A DNA stretch of 64,000 nucleotides, taken from Eubacteriales bacterium. GTDB lineage: Bacteria; Bacillota; Clostridia; Oscillospirales; CAG-272. Position numbers and translations under genes: made by a program. A model generated the notes under the pieces. It did not search any database. It was not told the DNA's origin and saw only the letters and a list, made by a program, of their open reading frames with translations. The first letter of the stretch is position 1, and each line of letters begins with the position of its first letter. This document shows positions 10,058 through 19,884 of this stretch, piece by piece. The stretch is from NCBI GenBank assembly GCA_045652135.1, contig JAZRTS010000055.1, forward strand, positions 7,881 through 71,880. Reading direction: 5' to 3'.

Positions 10058-10590
10058 TCTGCGTAGTTGTAGCCGAGAAGAAGCGCCTTCTTGTTAAGCT
10101 CACGAAGTTCTGCCTTTGATTCGGGAACAGATGCAGTGAGCTTTTCAGCAAAGTAATCAAAATCAAATATATTTGTCTTTGCTATAACATATCCGAGCAT
10201 AATAACGTTTGCAAGCTTCGGAGCGTTCATCTCGTTTGCAAGCTCTGTTGCAGGGATAGTGTATGCGGAAATATCGCTTCTTTCGGATTTTTTCGAAATG
10301 AGTGTGCTGTCGGAAAATACAGCGCCGCCTGCTACTACCTTCGGTTCAAACTTATCAAATGAAGGAGCGTTGAAGGCAATAAGTATATCGGGTGTGTTTA
10401 CAAGGGGAGAACCGATATCCTCGTCGGAGATTATAACGCTGCAGTTACATGTACCGCCGCGCTGTTCAGGACCGTAGGAGGGAAGCCAGGTTACGCATTT
10501 TCCAAGCTGCATACCTGTTTTTGCACACTGCTTGCCGGAGAAGAGAATACCCTGTCCGCCGAAGCCTGCGAATAAAATTCTGCTTGTCAT
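10054..10590 (-). CDS. 2-oxoacid:ferredoxin oxidoreductase, gamma subunit
   Basis: 'FAGFGGQGILF' and 'SYGPEQRGG' motifs; 178 aa. Confidence 0.9.
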   Translation of the reverse strand: MTSRILFAGFGGQGILFSGKQCAKTGMQLGKCVTWLPSYGPEQRGGTCNCSVIISDEDIGSPLVNTPDILIAFNAPSFDKFEPKVVAGGAVFSDSTLISKKSERSDISAYTIPATELANEMNAPKLANVIMLGYVIAKTNIFDFDYFAEKLTASVPESKAELRELNKKALLLGYNYAE

Positions 10591-10602
10591 ATTATCCTCC
10601 TA

Positions 10603-11346
10603 TCAATATTCCGTGGTGTCTTTGTAAACACCCAACGGATATATGGGTTTCATTTTTTCTTCAACGAACTTGAGAGCTTCAACGGGTGAAAGTCCCCAGT
10701 TCGTGGGACATGTGGAAAGAATTTCAACGATTGAAAGTCCCTTCTTGTCTATCTGTGCCTGGAAAGCCTTCTTGATAGCCTTCTTTGTTGCTCTTACGCC
10801 CTTGACATCGTTTACGGCAACGCGTTCAGCATAAGCAACACCGTCAAGAGTTGCCATAAGCTCGCATACGTGTATGGGGTGTCCCTGAATGTTCTTATCA
10901 CGTCCGTAGGGTGATGTTGTCGTTACCTGACCGAGCATTGTTGTAGGAGCCATCTGACCGCCGGTCATACCGTAGTTTGCGTTGTTGATAAATATAATCG
11001 TGATGTTTTCGCCTCTTGCGCCTACGTGTACTGTTTCTGCAGTACCTATTGCCGCCAGGTCACCGTCGCCCTGATATGTGAATACCACATTGTCGGGGTG
11101 TGTGCGCTTAACACCTGTCGCAACTGCGGGAGCACGTCCGTGCGCTGCTTCTATCATATCACATTCGAAGTAATTATATGCAAATACCGCACATCCAACG
11201 GGTGCAACACCTACTGTTTGTCCTTCGATACCGAGCTCGTCGAGGACTTCTGCAACGAGTCTGTGTACGATACCGTGCGTACAGCCGGGGCAGTAGTGCA
11301 TGGGAACATCGGACATTGCGTTGGGCTTCTTAAATACAACCGACAT
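10603..11346 (-). CDS. 2-oxoacid:ferredoxin oxidoreductase, beta (TPP-binding) subunit
   Basis: 'YCPGCTHG' and '[11 protein letters not shown]' TPP motif. Confidence 0.93.
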   Translation of the reverse strand: MSVVFKKPNAMSDVPMHYCPGCTHGIVHRLVAEVLDELGIEGQTVGVAPVGCAVFAYNYFECDMIEAAHGRAPAVATGVKRTHPDNVVFTYQGDGDLAAIGTAETVHVGARGENITIIFINNANYGMTGGQMAPTTMLGQVTTTSPYGRDKNIQGHPIHVCELMATLDGVAYAERVAVNDVKGVRATKKAIKKAFQAQIDKKGLSIVEILSTCPTNWGLSPVEALKFVEEKMKPIYPLGVYKDTTEY

Positions 11347-12404
11347 TATTTGTTACCTCCCATTTCTTCGATCTTTGCAAGTACGTCTTCAACAGTCATC
11401 ATAGAACCGCCTGTTCTTCCTAAAAATTCAACGGGACGTGAGCATTCGATTGCAAGCTTAACGTCAGTTATCATCTGACCCATGTTAAGCTCAACTGTAA
11501 GGAACTTGCTTGCTGTTTCGGAAAGTGCCTTGAGTTCCTTTGCGGGGAACGGAGAAAGAGTGATGGGGCGGAGCATACCGACCTTTATACCCTTTGCTCT
11601 TGCCGCTGTTACGGCACTCTTACAGATACGTGAGGTGATACCGTATGCAACAACAACAATGTCTGCATCTTCGGTCATAAACTGCTCGCATCTGACTTCG
11701 TTTTCGTCTATCTTTTTATATTTCTCATATCTTGCGAGAACTGAGTTTTCAAGTTCTTCGGGGTTGAGGAAGAGGGATGTAAGAATATTCTTCTTACGCT
11801 TACCGCCGTGACCGCAAGCCGCCCAATCCTTTTCGGGGATATCTCTTTTCTTTATTGCATCGAAGTCAACAGGCTCCATCATCTGACCGAGCGCGCCGTC
11901 TGCAAGAATGAGAACGGGAACACGGTACATATCGGCAATGTCGAATGCTTCGCATGTGAGCTCAGCCATTTCCTGTACGGAAGCGGGAGCAAGCACGAAA
12001 AGGTGCATATCGCCGTGGCCGAGAGCCTTTGTTGCCTGGTAATAGTCTGCCTGTGAGGGCTGGATGCCACCGAGACCGGGGCCGCCTCTCTGTACGTTAA
12101 GAATAACGCAGGGAAGATCACATCCGACTATGTAGCTGATACCCTCGCTCTTAAGGCTGATACCGGGTGATGAAGATGATGTCATACAGCGTGTACCGGA
12201 AGCGGCGGCGCCGTAGATCATGTTAATAGCCGAAACCTCGGATTCTGCCTGAAGACAAAGACCGCCTACCTTCGGCATTCTCTTTGCCATATACTCGGCA
12301 ATTTCCGTCTGGGGGGTTATGGGATAACCGAAATAATGAAGACAGCCTGCTTTTATAGCGGCCTCGGCAATAGCTTCATTACCTTTCATAAGTACCTTTG
12401 CCAT
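11346..12404 (-). CDS. 2-oxoacid:ferredoxin oxidoreductase, alpha subunit
   Basis: '[16 protein letters not shown]...YPITPQTEI' N-terminus typical of KorA/VorB/PorA. Confidence 0.93.
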   Translation of the reverse strand: MAKVLMKGNEAIAEAAIKAGCLHYFGYPITPQTEIAEYMAKRMPKVGGLCLQAESEVSAINMIYGAAASGTRCMTSSSSPGISLKSEGISYIVGCDLPCVILNVQRGGPGLGGIQPSQADYYQATKALGHGDMHLFVLAPASVQEMAELTCEAFDIADMYRVPVLILADGALGQMMEPVDFDAIKKRDIPEKDWAACGHGGKRKKNILTSLFLNPEELENSVLARYEKYKKIDENEVRCEQFMTEDADIVVVAYGITSRICKSAVTAARAKGIKVGMLRPITLSPFPAKELKALSETASKFLTVELNMGQMITDVKLAIECSRPVEFLGRTGGSMMTVEDVLAKIEEMGGNK

Positions 12405-12406
12405 AC

Positions 12407-12637
12407 TTAAGCCTCCTGTTCCTTTTCTACGTCTTTTTCAACCGTGATCACAGCATCGGGACACATAGTTGCACACATCGCACATGCGATGCAGGAAGCC
12501 ATGTCCGTAACTTGCGCAGGGTGATAACCCTTTGCATTGAGCACGGAGGTGTCGAGAGATACGATTTTTTTAGGGCATGCCACAACACAAAGTCCGCAGC
12601 CCTTACACCTTTCGGTGTTGAAGGTTACTCTGTTCAT
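12407..12637 (-). CDS. 2-oxoacid:ferredoxin oxidoreductase, delta (2x[4Fe-4S] ferredoxin) subunit
   Basis: Two CxxCxxCxxxCP motifs ('CKGCGLCVVACP', 'CIACAMCATMCP'). Confidence 0.9.
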   Translation of the reverse strand: MNRVTFNTERCKGCGLCVVACPKKIVSLDTSVLNAKGYHPAQVTDMASCIACAMCATMCPDAVITVEKDVEKEQEA

Positions 12638-12645
12638 AATTCCTC

Positions 12646-13314
12646 CTAAAATAACTTTTTCGTTATATTTTTCATTTTGAACACCCCGTCTGATGAAAAT
12701 GGAATTTCATCTGTAACGGAGGTGAATTTTATATTCAGACCGGACAGGGCAGAAAAGTCTTCCGCGTAAGCAAAAGAATCCTCAATATCCTCTTTCCGAG
12801 TGAATTTTCCAAGATTTGAATTGTTGACGAAGCAGGTGCATTTCAGCCTGCTTTTTTGCTCTATTTCCTGCATTATTATGTAGGCGTCATCGGGGGTTTC
12901 GGTTATCGGACGGTACATATTTATGACGTATATCATCTCATATCCGAAGTCGGTTATCTCCTTGTTGAAAAAACCGAGTGCGGTAGCGCCGAGACCGTCT
13001 CCGCCAACGTCAAGAATACACGTTTCACCGCGCTTTACTTTCTCAAAAACCGAATACACTTCTGCTGGGATTGAAGGAATGTCAACGTTGGAATTTGCAA
13101 ATTCGGGAGCGATAACTTGCACGCCGTGGCTTTTCATAAGCTCCTCGGAATCCTTTGAACGAAAGTAAGGATTGACCGTGTCAAAGTCAACCACCGTAAC
13201 CTTTTCGCCGCGTTCGGCAAGTGAAAGTGCGATATTGACTGCAATGTTCGTTTTCCCGGAGCCGAAATGCCCCGTAATTATGAGAAGCTTTGAAGAAAAA
13301 TTCATAAAAATCAC
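12646..13314 (-). CDS. P-loop NTPase (SIMIBI/CooC-ParA-like), first gene of the OFOR operon
   Basis: Walker A 'GHFGSGKTN', 'VVDFDTVNP', Walker B-like 'ILDVGGD'. Stop lies 8 nt before the delta subunit start. Confidence 0.75.
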   Translation of the reverse strand: MIFMNFSSKLLIITGHFGSGKTNIAVNIALSLAERGEKVTVVDFDTVNPYFRSKDSEELMKSHGVQVIAPEFANSNVDIPSIPAEVYSVFEKVKRGETCILDVGGDGLGATALGFFNKEITDFGYEMIYVINMYRPITETPDDAYIIMQEIEQKSRLKCTCFVNNSNLGKFTRKEDIEDSFAYAEDFSALSGLNIKFTSVTDEIPFSSDGVFKMKNITKKLF

Positions 13315-13562
13315 CGCAAACTATCAAATTATCAATCATTATATCATAATATGCGTATTTTTTTCAATGATAAAATTTCCACATCTATTAACTTTTTGTA
13401 AATTTTGTGTTTGATGCGAGATTGAAACACAATGATAAGTGTCCGCATTATCAATCAATGATTTACTTTCTTAATTTATTATAAAATAGTTTATGATTTA
13501 TTGAAGAATTTGATTTGTACGTATGCTATGATATAGAGTAATATAATAATAGGGGGGATAGT

Positions 13563-14432
13563 ATGTCCGGATTTTTCGAGGGTGTGGGCAACGTACTTTC
13601 AGATTTTGGCTCACAAATAAAGTCCATGGGTATAATTGACTATATTGACATCGTAATTGTTGCTTTTTTGCTTTATCAGCTTTACAAATTTATCAGGGAC
13701 AGACGCGCAGGCAAGCTTGCGGCGGGCGTTTTATTTTTGGCGCTCATTTTTATTGTAAGTGAATTTGCCCAGATGCATGCGCTTCGCTTCCTCTTGTCCA
13801 ATATATTTCAGGTCGGTATCGTATCAATAATCGTGCTTTTTCAGCCTGAGCTCCGTTCGGCACTTGAAAAGGTGGGCGGTGAACCGCTTAAGAGCTTGCG
13901 TAACATAGGTGAGCAGAAAGGCAACGCAGAGCTTTCCGCAGCCATAACCGGTATATGCGATGCTGTATGCGATATGTCGAAAACAAAAACGGGCGCTCTT
14001 ATTGTAATTGAAAGAACGACTAAGCTCGGAGATATCGTAAAAACGGGTACGGTAGTGAATGCTAACATAAGTGCACTCCTCATCAAGAATATATTTTTTA
14101 AAAATTCACCGCTTCACGATGGTGCGGCAATAATCACCGGCACAAGACTTCATGCGGCAGGGTGCTATTTGCCTCTTACGACGAGTATGGAGGTAGATGC
14201 TGCTCTCGGTACGCGTCACAGAGCCGCTATCGGTATGAGCGAAAACAGCGATGCGATCATAATTTCGGTAAGTGAAGAAACGGGTACTATATCCATTGCT
14301 TTGAACGGTCAGTTGATGCGTAATTTCGATTACCGTTCGCTTTACAATCAGCTTACATCGTTGCTTGCGGCGCCTAAAAAGACTATACAGGCACCCAAAG
14401 CGATCAGAGGAAAAAAGAAGAAATCTGAGTAA
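13563..14432 (+). CDS. cdaA: diadenylate cyclase
   Basis: N-terminal TM helices followed by a DAC domain with 'LHDGAAI' and 'GTRHRAAIG'. Confidence 0.93.
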   Translation: MSGFFEGVGNVLSDFGSQIKSMGIIDYIDIVIVAFLLYQLYKFIRDRRAGKLAAGVLFLALIFIVSEFAQMHALRFLLSNIFQVGIVSIIVLFQPELRSALEKVGGEPLKSLRNIGEQKGNAELSAAITGICDAVCDMSKTKTGALIVIERTTKLGDIVKTGTVVNANISALLIKNIFFKNSPLHDGAAIITGTRLHAAGCYLPLTTSMEVDAALGTRHRAAIGMSENSDAIIISVSEETGTISIALNGQLMRNFDYRSLYNQLTSLLAAPKKTIQAPKAIRGKKKKSE

Positions 14433-14433
14433 T

Positions 14434-15741
14434 ATGGTGGATAAAATGACAGAAAACGAAAACGTTACAGAAGAATACACCGAGAATGAGGCTGTAAAGC
14501 CGAAATCGGGCAAGAAAGAAAAAATAATCAGCTTGGCAGCAAAGGTGCTTGCGGTCGTCGTTGCGTTCTTTATATGGTTTTATGCCGTAGGAACGGACAG
14601 CCGTTTGCAGGAAAGAAACGTAAACGGAAATCTTATAGACATTGTGGGAGTGGAAAGCGGTTTTTCCGTTATCTACGGAAATGGAGAAACGGCGGACGTT
14701 GCGGTAAAGGGACGTTATTCTGATGTCATAAATCTTGATACCGATGATATCGAAGTATACGTTGATGCAACCGATATAACCGAAGCGGGCCAGTATACGC
14801 TTCCGGTGACTGTCAAGGTCGATAACGGTATCACTCTTTTAAGCGTGTATCCCGAACAGATAACGGTATATATTTCCGTAAATCAGAAGAAACAGATACC
14901 CGTAAAAATAAAGGCTACGGATTACCAGATACCGTCGGGTTGTACGCTCAATTCCGAAATAGTCGGTACGAACTATATAACGGTCGAGGGGCCCGTTGAC
15001 GTGCTTGAAAAAATATCTTATGCACAGGCAACCGTATCGCCCGGTGTTATGACGGATTCCGTTACGATAGTATCGGCAGTACGTTTGTACACCGCGAACG
15101 ACGAAGAATTCTCAAGTCCGTATGTAAAATCTTCCGTGAGCGAAATAACCGTAAAGGTGAATGTGCTTAAAGAAAAAGAAATACCGCTTGTCATCAAGAC
15201 GAAATACGGATATTACAACGAAAAAAATACGGAAATAACAGTCACACCTTCCAGCATTATCATCAGAGGTGAGTTTGAAGCGGTGGACGCTATAGACCAG
15301 ATAACCGTGCTTTCGGTTGATGAAACGGCAATAACTGAAGATACCGTTATAAAAGCTACCGTTACTTTGCCCGCTGGTATTGAAAATATAAGCGGAACGG
15401 AGGGCGTTGAGGTCAATATAAAGCATACAGGTTCAACCGTAAAAAGCATAGCCGTTCCTAAAGAAAATATTGTATTCAAAAATCTTCCCGATAATGTCGA
15501 ATGTGATGTTGTTACATCTACGGTAAAGGTTTACGTGCGTGTAAACAACGACAGTGAGTATTTACATACGTTAAATGCTGATAACATATCCGTTACAGTT
15601 GACCTTGCGGGAATAACATCATTTGACGGACGCTATAACGTTGAAGCAGACGTTAAGTTGAACATTCCGCAAAACAACAGCGCATATCTTTTGGAAAACT
15701 ATTATTTACCTGTGAGCTTCAATGAAAAAACTGCTGATTAA
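14434..15741 (+). CDS. cdaR: CdaR/YbbR-domain regulator of CdaA
   Basis: TM segment followed by repeated beta-rich YbbR-like modules. ATG 14434 lies 1 nt after the cdaA stop; the longer start at 14365 overlaps cdaA. Confidence 0.85.
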   Translation: MVDKMTENENVTEEYTENEAVKPKSGKKEKIISLAAKVLAVVVAFFIWFYAVGTDSRLQERNVNGNLIDIVGVESGFSVIYGNGETADVAVKGRYSDVINLDTDDIEVYVDATDITEAGQYTLPVTVKVDNGITLLSVYPEQITVYISVNQKKQIPVKIKATDYQIPSGCTLNSEIVGTNYITVEGPVDVLEKISYAQATVSPGVMTDSVTIVSAVRLYTANDEEFSSPYVKSSVSEITVKVNVLKEKEIPLVIKTKYGYYNEKNTEITVTPSSIIIRGEFEAVDAIDQITVLSVDETAITEDTVIKATVTLPAGIENISGTEGVEVNIKHTGSTVKSIAVPKENIVFKNLPDNVECDVVTSTVKVYVRVNNDSEYLHTLNADNISVTVDLAGITSFDGRYNVEADVKLNIPQNNSAYLLENYYLPVSFNEKTAD

Positions 15742-17284
15742 AGATATAAAACTTCCGATAACGGCATCTGAAAACGAGGCGCTTGACTCTGCGCGAAAGC
15801 GCGTCGGAAAAATAAACGGAGGGGTATTTTCCGTTTATAAAAAATCTCTCGATATGAGAAAACGCGATAATCCGACGTTCGTTTATTCCGTTCTTGCGGA
15901 GTTTGAGGACGGTAAGCTGCCGAAAATAAACGGTGCCGATATTTACGAGGATTCCACTTTTAAGGTAACGCCGAAAAATAAAAAGCGCGTGTGCGTCGTC
16001 GGTTTCGGGCCTGCGGGGATGTTTGCTTCGCTTCTTCTGGCACAGTATGGCTTTGCGCCCGTTGTGTATGAAAGAGGAGCAAGCGTTGAAGAACGCACAC
16101 AGAACGTCGAACGCTTTATCTCAGGCGGTGCGCTTGATACAGAATCGAACGTACAGTTCGGTGCAGGCGGCGCAGGTACGTTTTCAGACGGAAAGCTGTA
16201 CACGAGGATAAATGATCCCGCTTGTGGATACGTTTTGAAAATGCTTGTGAAGTTCGGCGCACCGGAAAGTGTGCTGACGCTTGCAAAACCGCATATCGGA
16301 ACGGATATTTTACGTAATGTTGTAAAGGGAATATCCGATGAGGTCATAAAAAACGGCGGCGATGTCCACTACCGTACAAGAGTTGATTCCATATCAAACA
16401 AAGACGGCGGTGTGTGTGTTAAAACATCTGCCGGAAATGAAGAAATATTCGATGCTGTTATTCTTGCTGTAGGCCACAGCGCACGTGATACGTACGGTAT
16501 GCTTATGAAAAAAGGTGTGATACTGACACCTAAGGCGTATTCTGTAGGTGTGAGAGTTGAGCATTTACAAAGCGATATAAACCGCGGACTTTACGGCGAG
16601 CTTTGTGACAAATATGCAGATATACTTCCGCAGGGAGAATATGCGCTTTCTGACAGAAGCGCAGGGGGCAGAGGTGCATATACGTTTTGCATGTGTCCGG
16701 GAGGAGTAGTTGTTCCGTCATCCTCTGACGGCGAAGAAATATGTACGAACGGAATGAGCTACAGCAGCCGAAGCGGTCCTTATGCAAATTCTGCTGTTTG
16801 TGTGTCTGTTGTTCCCGATGATTACGGAAATACACCCATGGGCGCAATAGAATTTCAACGCAAAATCGAAAAAACAGCATTTATAAAAGCAGGCGGTGAT
16901 TATTCAGCGCCCGTTATGACAGTCGGAGATCTGCTGCATGGTAATCACGGAAGTGAGCCCGCGTATACTCCGTCATATATGAACGGCAAGTATACGCTTT
17001 GCGATTTCACGGATATATTACCGTCGTTTATCACGGAAACGCTTAAAGAAGGTTTTTTGTCATTTGACAAAAAAATACGAGGCTTTGCCGCGAACAAAAC
17101 ACCGATTACCGCACCGGAAACAAGGACTTCGTCTCCTGTAAGAATAACAAGAGATGAAAGTATGCAGACACCGTATATGAAAGGTGTTTATCCGTGCGGT
17201 GAGGGGGCAGGATATGCAGGCGGTATAACAAGTGCCGCCATTGACGGAATGAGGGCGGCGCGTGCCGTTATGGAGAATGAATAA
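15722..17284 (+). CDS. FAD-dependent dehydrogenase (COG2509-like)
   Basis: 'VVGFGPAGMFA' dinucleotide-binding motif. 20-nt overlap with cdaR. Confidence 0.85.
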   Translation: MKKLLIKDIKLPITASENEALDSARKRVGKINGGVFSVYKKSLDMRKRDNPTFVYSVLAEFEDGKLPKINGADIYEDSTFKVTPKNKKRVCVVGFGPAGMFASLLLAQYGFAPVVYERGASVEERTQNVERFISGGALDTESNVQFGAGGAGTFSDGKLYTRINDPACGYVLKMLVKFGAPESVLTLAKPHIGTDILRNVVKGISDEVIKNGGDVHYRTRVDSISNKDGGVCVKTSAGNEEIFDAVILAVGHSARDTYGMLMKKGVILTPKAYSVGVRVEHLQSDINRGLYGELCDKYADILPQGEYALSDRSAGGRGAYTFCMCPGGVVVPSSSDGEEICTNGMSYSSRSGPYANSAVCVSVVPDDYGNTPMGAIEFQRKIEKTAFIKAGGDYSAPVMTVGDLLHGNHGSEPAYTPSYMNGKYTLCDFTDILPSFITETLKEGFLSFDKKIRGFAANKTPITAPETRTSSPVRITRDESMQTPYMKGVYPCGEGAGYAGGITSAAIDGMRAARAVMENE

Positions 17285-17298
17285 AACAGAGGTTATTT

Positions 17299-17751
17299 AT
17301 GACAGCAAAATGTACTGTTGTAAGCATAAAAGACGATAAAACGGCAGTTGTGTCCGCAGAAAGAAAAAGCGCGTGCGCCGAGTGTCACGCAAACGACGGA
17401 AAATCGTGCGGCGCATGTGATATTTTCCTCGGTGATGACAAATTTACAGCTGAGGCAGACAATTCAATAGGTGCAAAGACAGGCGACACAGTGATGGTCG
17501 AATCGCCGTCAGGTTATGTTATAGGTACAGCGGCACTTTTATTTTTGCTGCCGATAGCTGTTGCGGCTTTGTTTTACGGTGTGGTATACGTTATTTCAAG
17601 AGAGTACGCTCCGTTCGGAGCTATTGGCGGAGTGGTATTGTCGTATGCCGTAATATTTGCCATTGAAAAATTTGCTGAGAAAAAAAGAAATAAGATGAAA
17701 ATTGTGAAGATCATAAACGAAAAATCGGACGGTATATATGATGCTGAGTAA
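17299..17751 (+). CDS. RseC/MucC (SoxR-reducing system) family protein
   Basis: N-terminal Cys cluster 'CAEC...CGAC' followed by two TM helices. Confidence 0.8.
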   Translation: MTAKCTVVSIKDDKTAVVSAERKSACAECHANDGKSCGACDIFLGDDKFTAEADNSIGAKTGDTVMVESPSGYVIGTAALLFLLPIAVAALFYGVVYVISREYAPFGAIGGVVLSYAVIFAIEKFAEKKRNKMKIVKIINEKSDGIYDAE

Positions 17752-19870
17752 AAACAGATGGATACTCAAGGATTTCGATGAGTATGCAGCAGGAGAAATA
17801 TCAAAAGCACTTAAAATAAAATTACCTACGGCATCACTTCTTTGCGCAAGAGGATATAGTGATACGGAAAGCGCATCGCATTTTTTGAAAAAAGACTGCG
17901 CGGTGCTTTACGATCCGTATCTTATGAAGGATATGGACAAAGGGGTTTTGCGTATACTTTCTGCGGTTGACAACTGCGAAAAAATAACGGTATACGGAGA
18001 TTATGACGTTGACGGCATAACAAGCGTGTGTAATCTCTACAGATATATAAAATCCATTGGCGGCGACGTTGATTATTATATTCCGAACAGAGGAAACGAG
18101 GGCTACGGTCTTAATACCGATGCCGTAAAGAAGCTTATAGAAAACGGAACAAAGCTTATCATAACTGTCGATACGGGTATTACCGCTGTGAACGAGGTGA
18201 AATTTGCATCGCAGTACGGTGTTGACACGGTTGTAACAGACCATCACGAATGCGCGGATACGTTGCCTTCAGCTGTCGCTGTTATAGATCCCAAGCGCCG
18301 TGACTCGGAATATCCGTTCAAGGAGCTTGCTGGTGTCGGTGTTGTTTTCAAAATAATCTGCGCTTGTGAGCAGTATCTGACGACGGGCAAAACGTATACA
18401 GATCCCGACGATATGGAGCTGAATATTTCCGCGATCATTGATGTTTGCAAAAGTTATGCGGATCTGACCGCAATAGGAACGATTGCCGATGTTATGCCGC
18501 TCGCAGATGAAAACCGTCTTATTGTCAGCTACGGGCTTGACAGACTTTCGAGTACGAAAAATACAGGACTTAACGCACTTATGACGGCAAGTGGTTCAGA
18601 ATCCGGGATGAAAAAGGTCACCTCGTCCGTTATCAGTTTCACGATTGCGCCCAGAATCAACGCCGCAGGCAGAATGGGTTCAGCTGATATTGCCGTGAAG
18701 CTCTTGCTTACGGAAAACAAGGAAGAAGCGGAAGAAATTGCGGAAATACTTTGTCAGTCAAATGTGCAGAGGCAGGGTGAGGAGCTGCATATAATGCAGG
18801 AAGCCGAAGAAATAATACGTCGAGAAAATCTTGACAAGAACGAGAAAATACTTGTTCTTCATCACGACGGCTGGCACCACGGTGTTATAGGTATTGTGGC
18901 ATCGAAGCTCACGGAAAAATATAATTTGCCGTGCATACTTATATCGTTTGAAGACGGTGTATCCGAAGGTAAAGGCTCGGGCAGAAGCATCGACGGCTTT
19001 AATCTGCATACAGCACTTTCGGCATGTTCTGATAAGCTTGAAAAATTCGGCGGCCACGCACTTGCCGCAGGCCTTACCTGTTCAAAGGAAAAATTGCCGG
19101 AATTCAGAAAAAAACTTGAAGAATACGCAAAAGAGAATATAAGCGAAGAAGACACGGTAAAGAAAATAGAGATAGATTTTGAGTTCAGGGAAGAAGATGC
19201 AACGCTTGAGCTTGCAGAGGAACTTTCCCGACTTGAGCCGTACGGCGCATCAAACCCATCGCCTTTGTTTTTGATGCGTGATTGTACCGTAATGGCGATC
19301 AATTCGACTGCCACGAACAAACATTCACGTATCACGCTTGAGAGATACGGTGAGCAGTACCGTTGTATGATGTTTGGCAAAGCGCCCGAAGAGCTTGGAT
19401 TTGCGGAGGGGGACACGACTGATATTGTGTTCAATCTTGGTGTAAACGAGTTCAGAGGCACGAGAAGCCGTCAGATAATAATAAGAGACATTGAGTTTTC
19501 ACGTGCGCTTTGTGATGACATCACTTCACAGTATATGCTTTCTGATGATATTGCGGAAAAGAGAATATTTCCCGAAAATAAACATATACCGGATAAAGCA
19601 GATTGTGCGGCAGTTTTCAGATATCTGAAAGAGCTTTCACAGGGTGGAAATAACCGCTTGCTCATAAGCACCGCCGTGCGCAAGCTCGGGGTTGAATACG
19701 TAAAGTTCTTGCTTGTAATAAAAATTTTCAAGGATATGGGCTTTATTGATTGCAGCTATAACAGCCCCGTTGAGCTTTCATTTGATTTGATACCTCAAAA
19801 AGAGAAGAAACCGCTTGAAAATAATGAGCTTTTTAAATGGCTCAATGAAATGTGTACATATTCGGTATAA
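17738..19870 (+). CDS. recJ: single-stranded-DNA-specific exonuclease RecJ
   Basis: DHH motifs 'GDYDVDGITS', 'TVDTGI', 'VTDHHE' and DHHA1 'GGHALAAG'. Confidence 0.93.
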   Translation: MMLSKNRWILKDFDEYAAGEISKALKIKLPTASLLCARGYSDTESASHFLKKDCAVLYDPYLMKDMDKGVLRILSAVDNCEKITVYGDYDVDGITSVCNLYRYIKSIGGDVDYYIPNRGNEGYGLNTDAVKKLIENGTKLIITVDTGITAVNEVKFASQYGVDTVVTDHHECADTLPSAVAVIDPKRRDSEYPFKELAGVGVVFKIICACEQYLTTGKTYTDPDDMELNISAIIDVCKSYADLTAIGTIADVMPLADENRLIVSYGLDRLSSTKNTGLNALMTASGSESGMKKVTSSVISFTIAPRINAAGRMGSADIAVKLLLTENKEEAEEIAEILCQSNVQRQGEELHIMQEAEEIIRRENLDKNEKILVLHHDGWHHGVIGIVASKLTEKYNLPCILISFEDGVSEGKGSGRSIDGFNLHTALSACSDKLEKFGGHALAAGLTCSKEKLPEFRKKLEEYAKENISEEDTVKKIEIDFEFREEDATLELAEELSRLEPYGASNPSPLFLMRDCTVMAINSTATNKHSRITLERYGEQYRCMMFGKAPEELGFAEGDTTDIVFNLGVNEFRGTRSRQIIIRDIEFSRALCDDITSQYMLSDDIAEKRIFPENKHIPDKADCAAVFRYLKELSQGGNNRLLISTAVRKLGVEYVKFLLVIKIFKDMGFIDCSYNSPVELSFDLIPQKEKKPLENNELFKWLNEMCTYSV

Positions 19871-19884
19871 GAGAGTGTAGTTTT

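Noticed and set aside
13315-13562. Divergent strand switch (minus-strand genes to the left, plus-strand genes to the right), considered as a replication origin.
   Set aside because: Only one DnaA-box-like 9-mer (TTTTCCACA) was seen. There is no box cluster and no dnaA/dnaN nearby, and later genes again alternate strands. This is an ordinary divergent promoter region.
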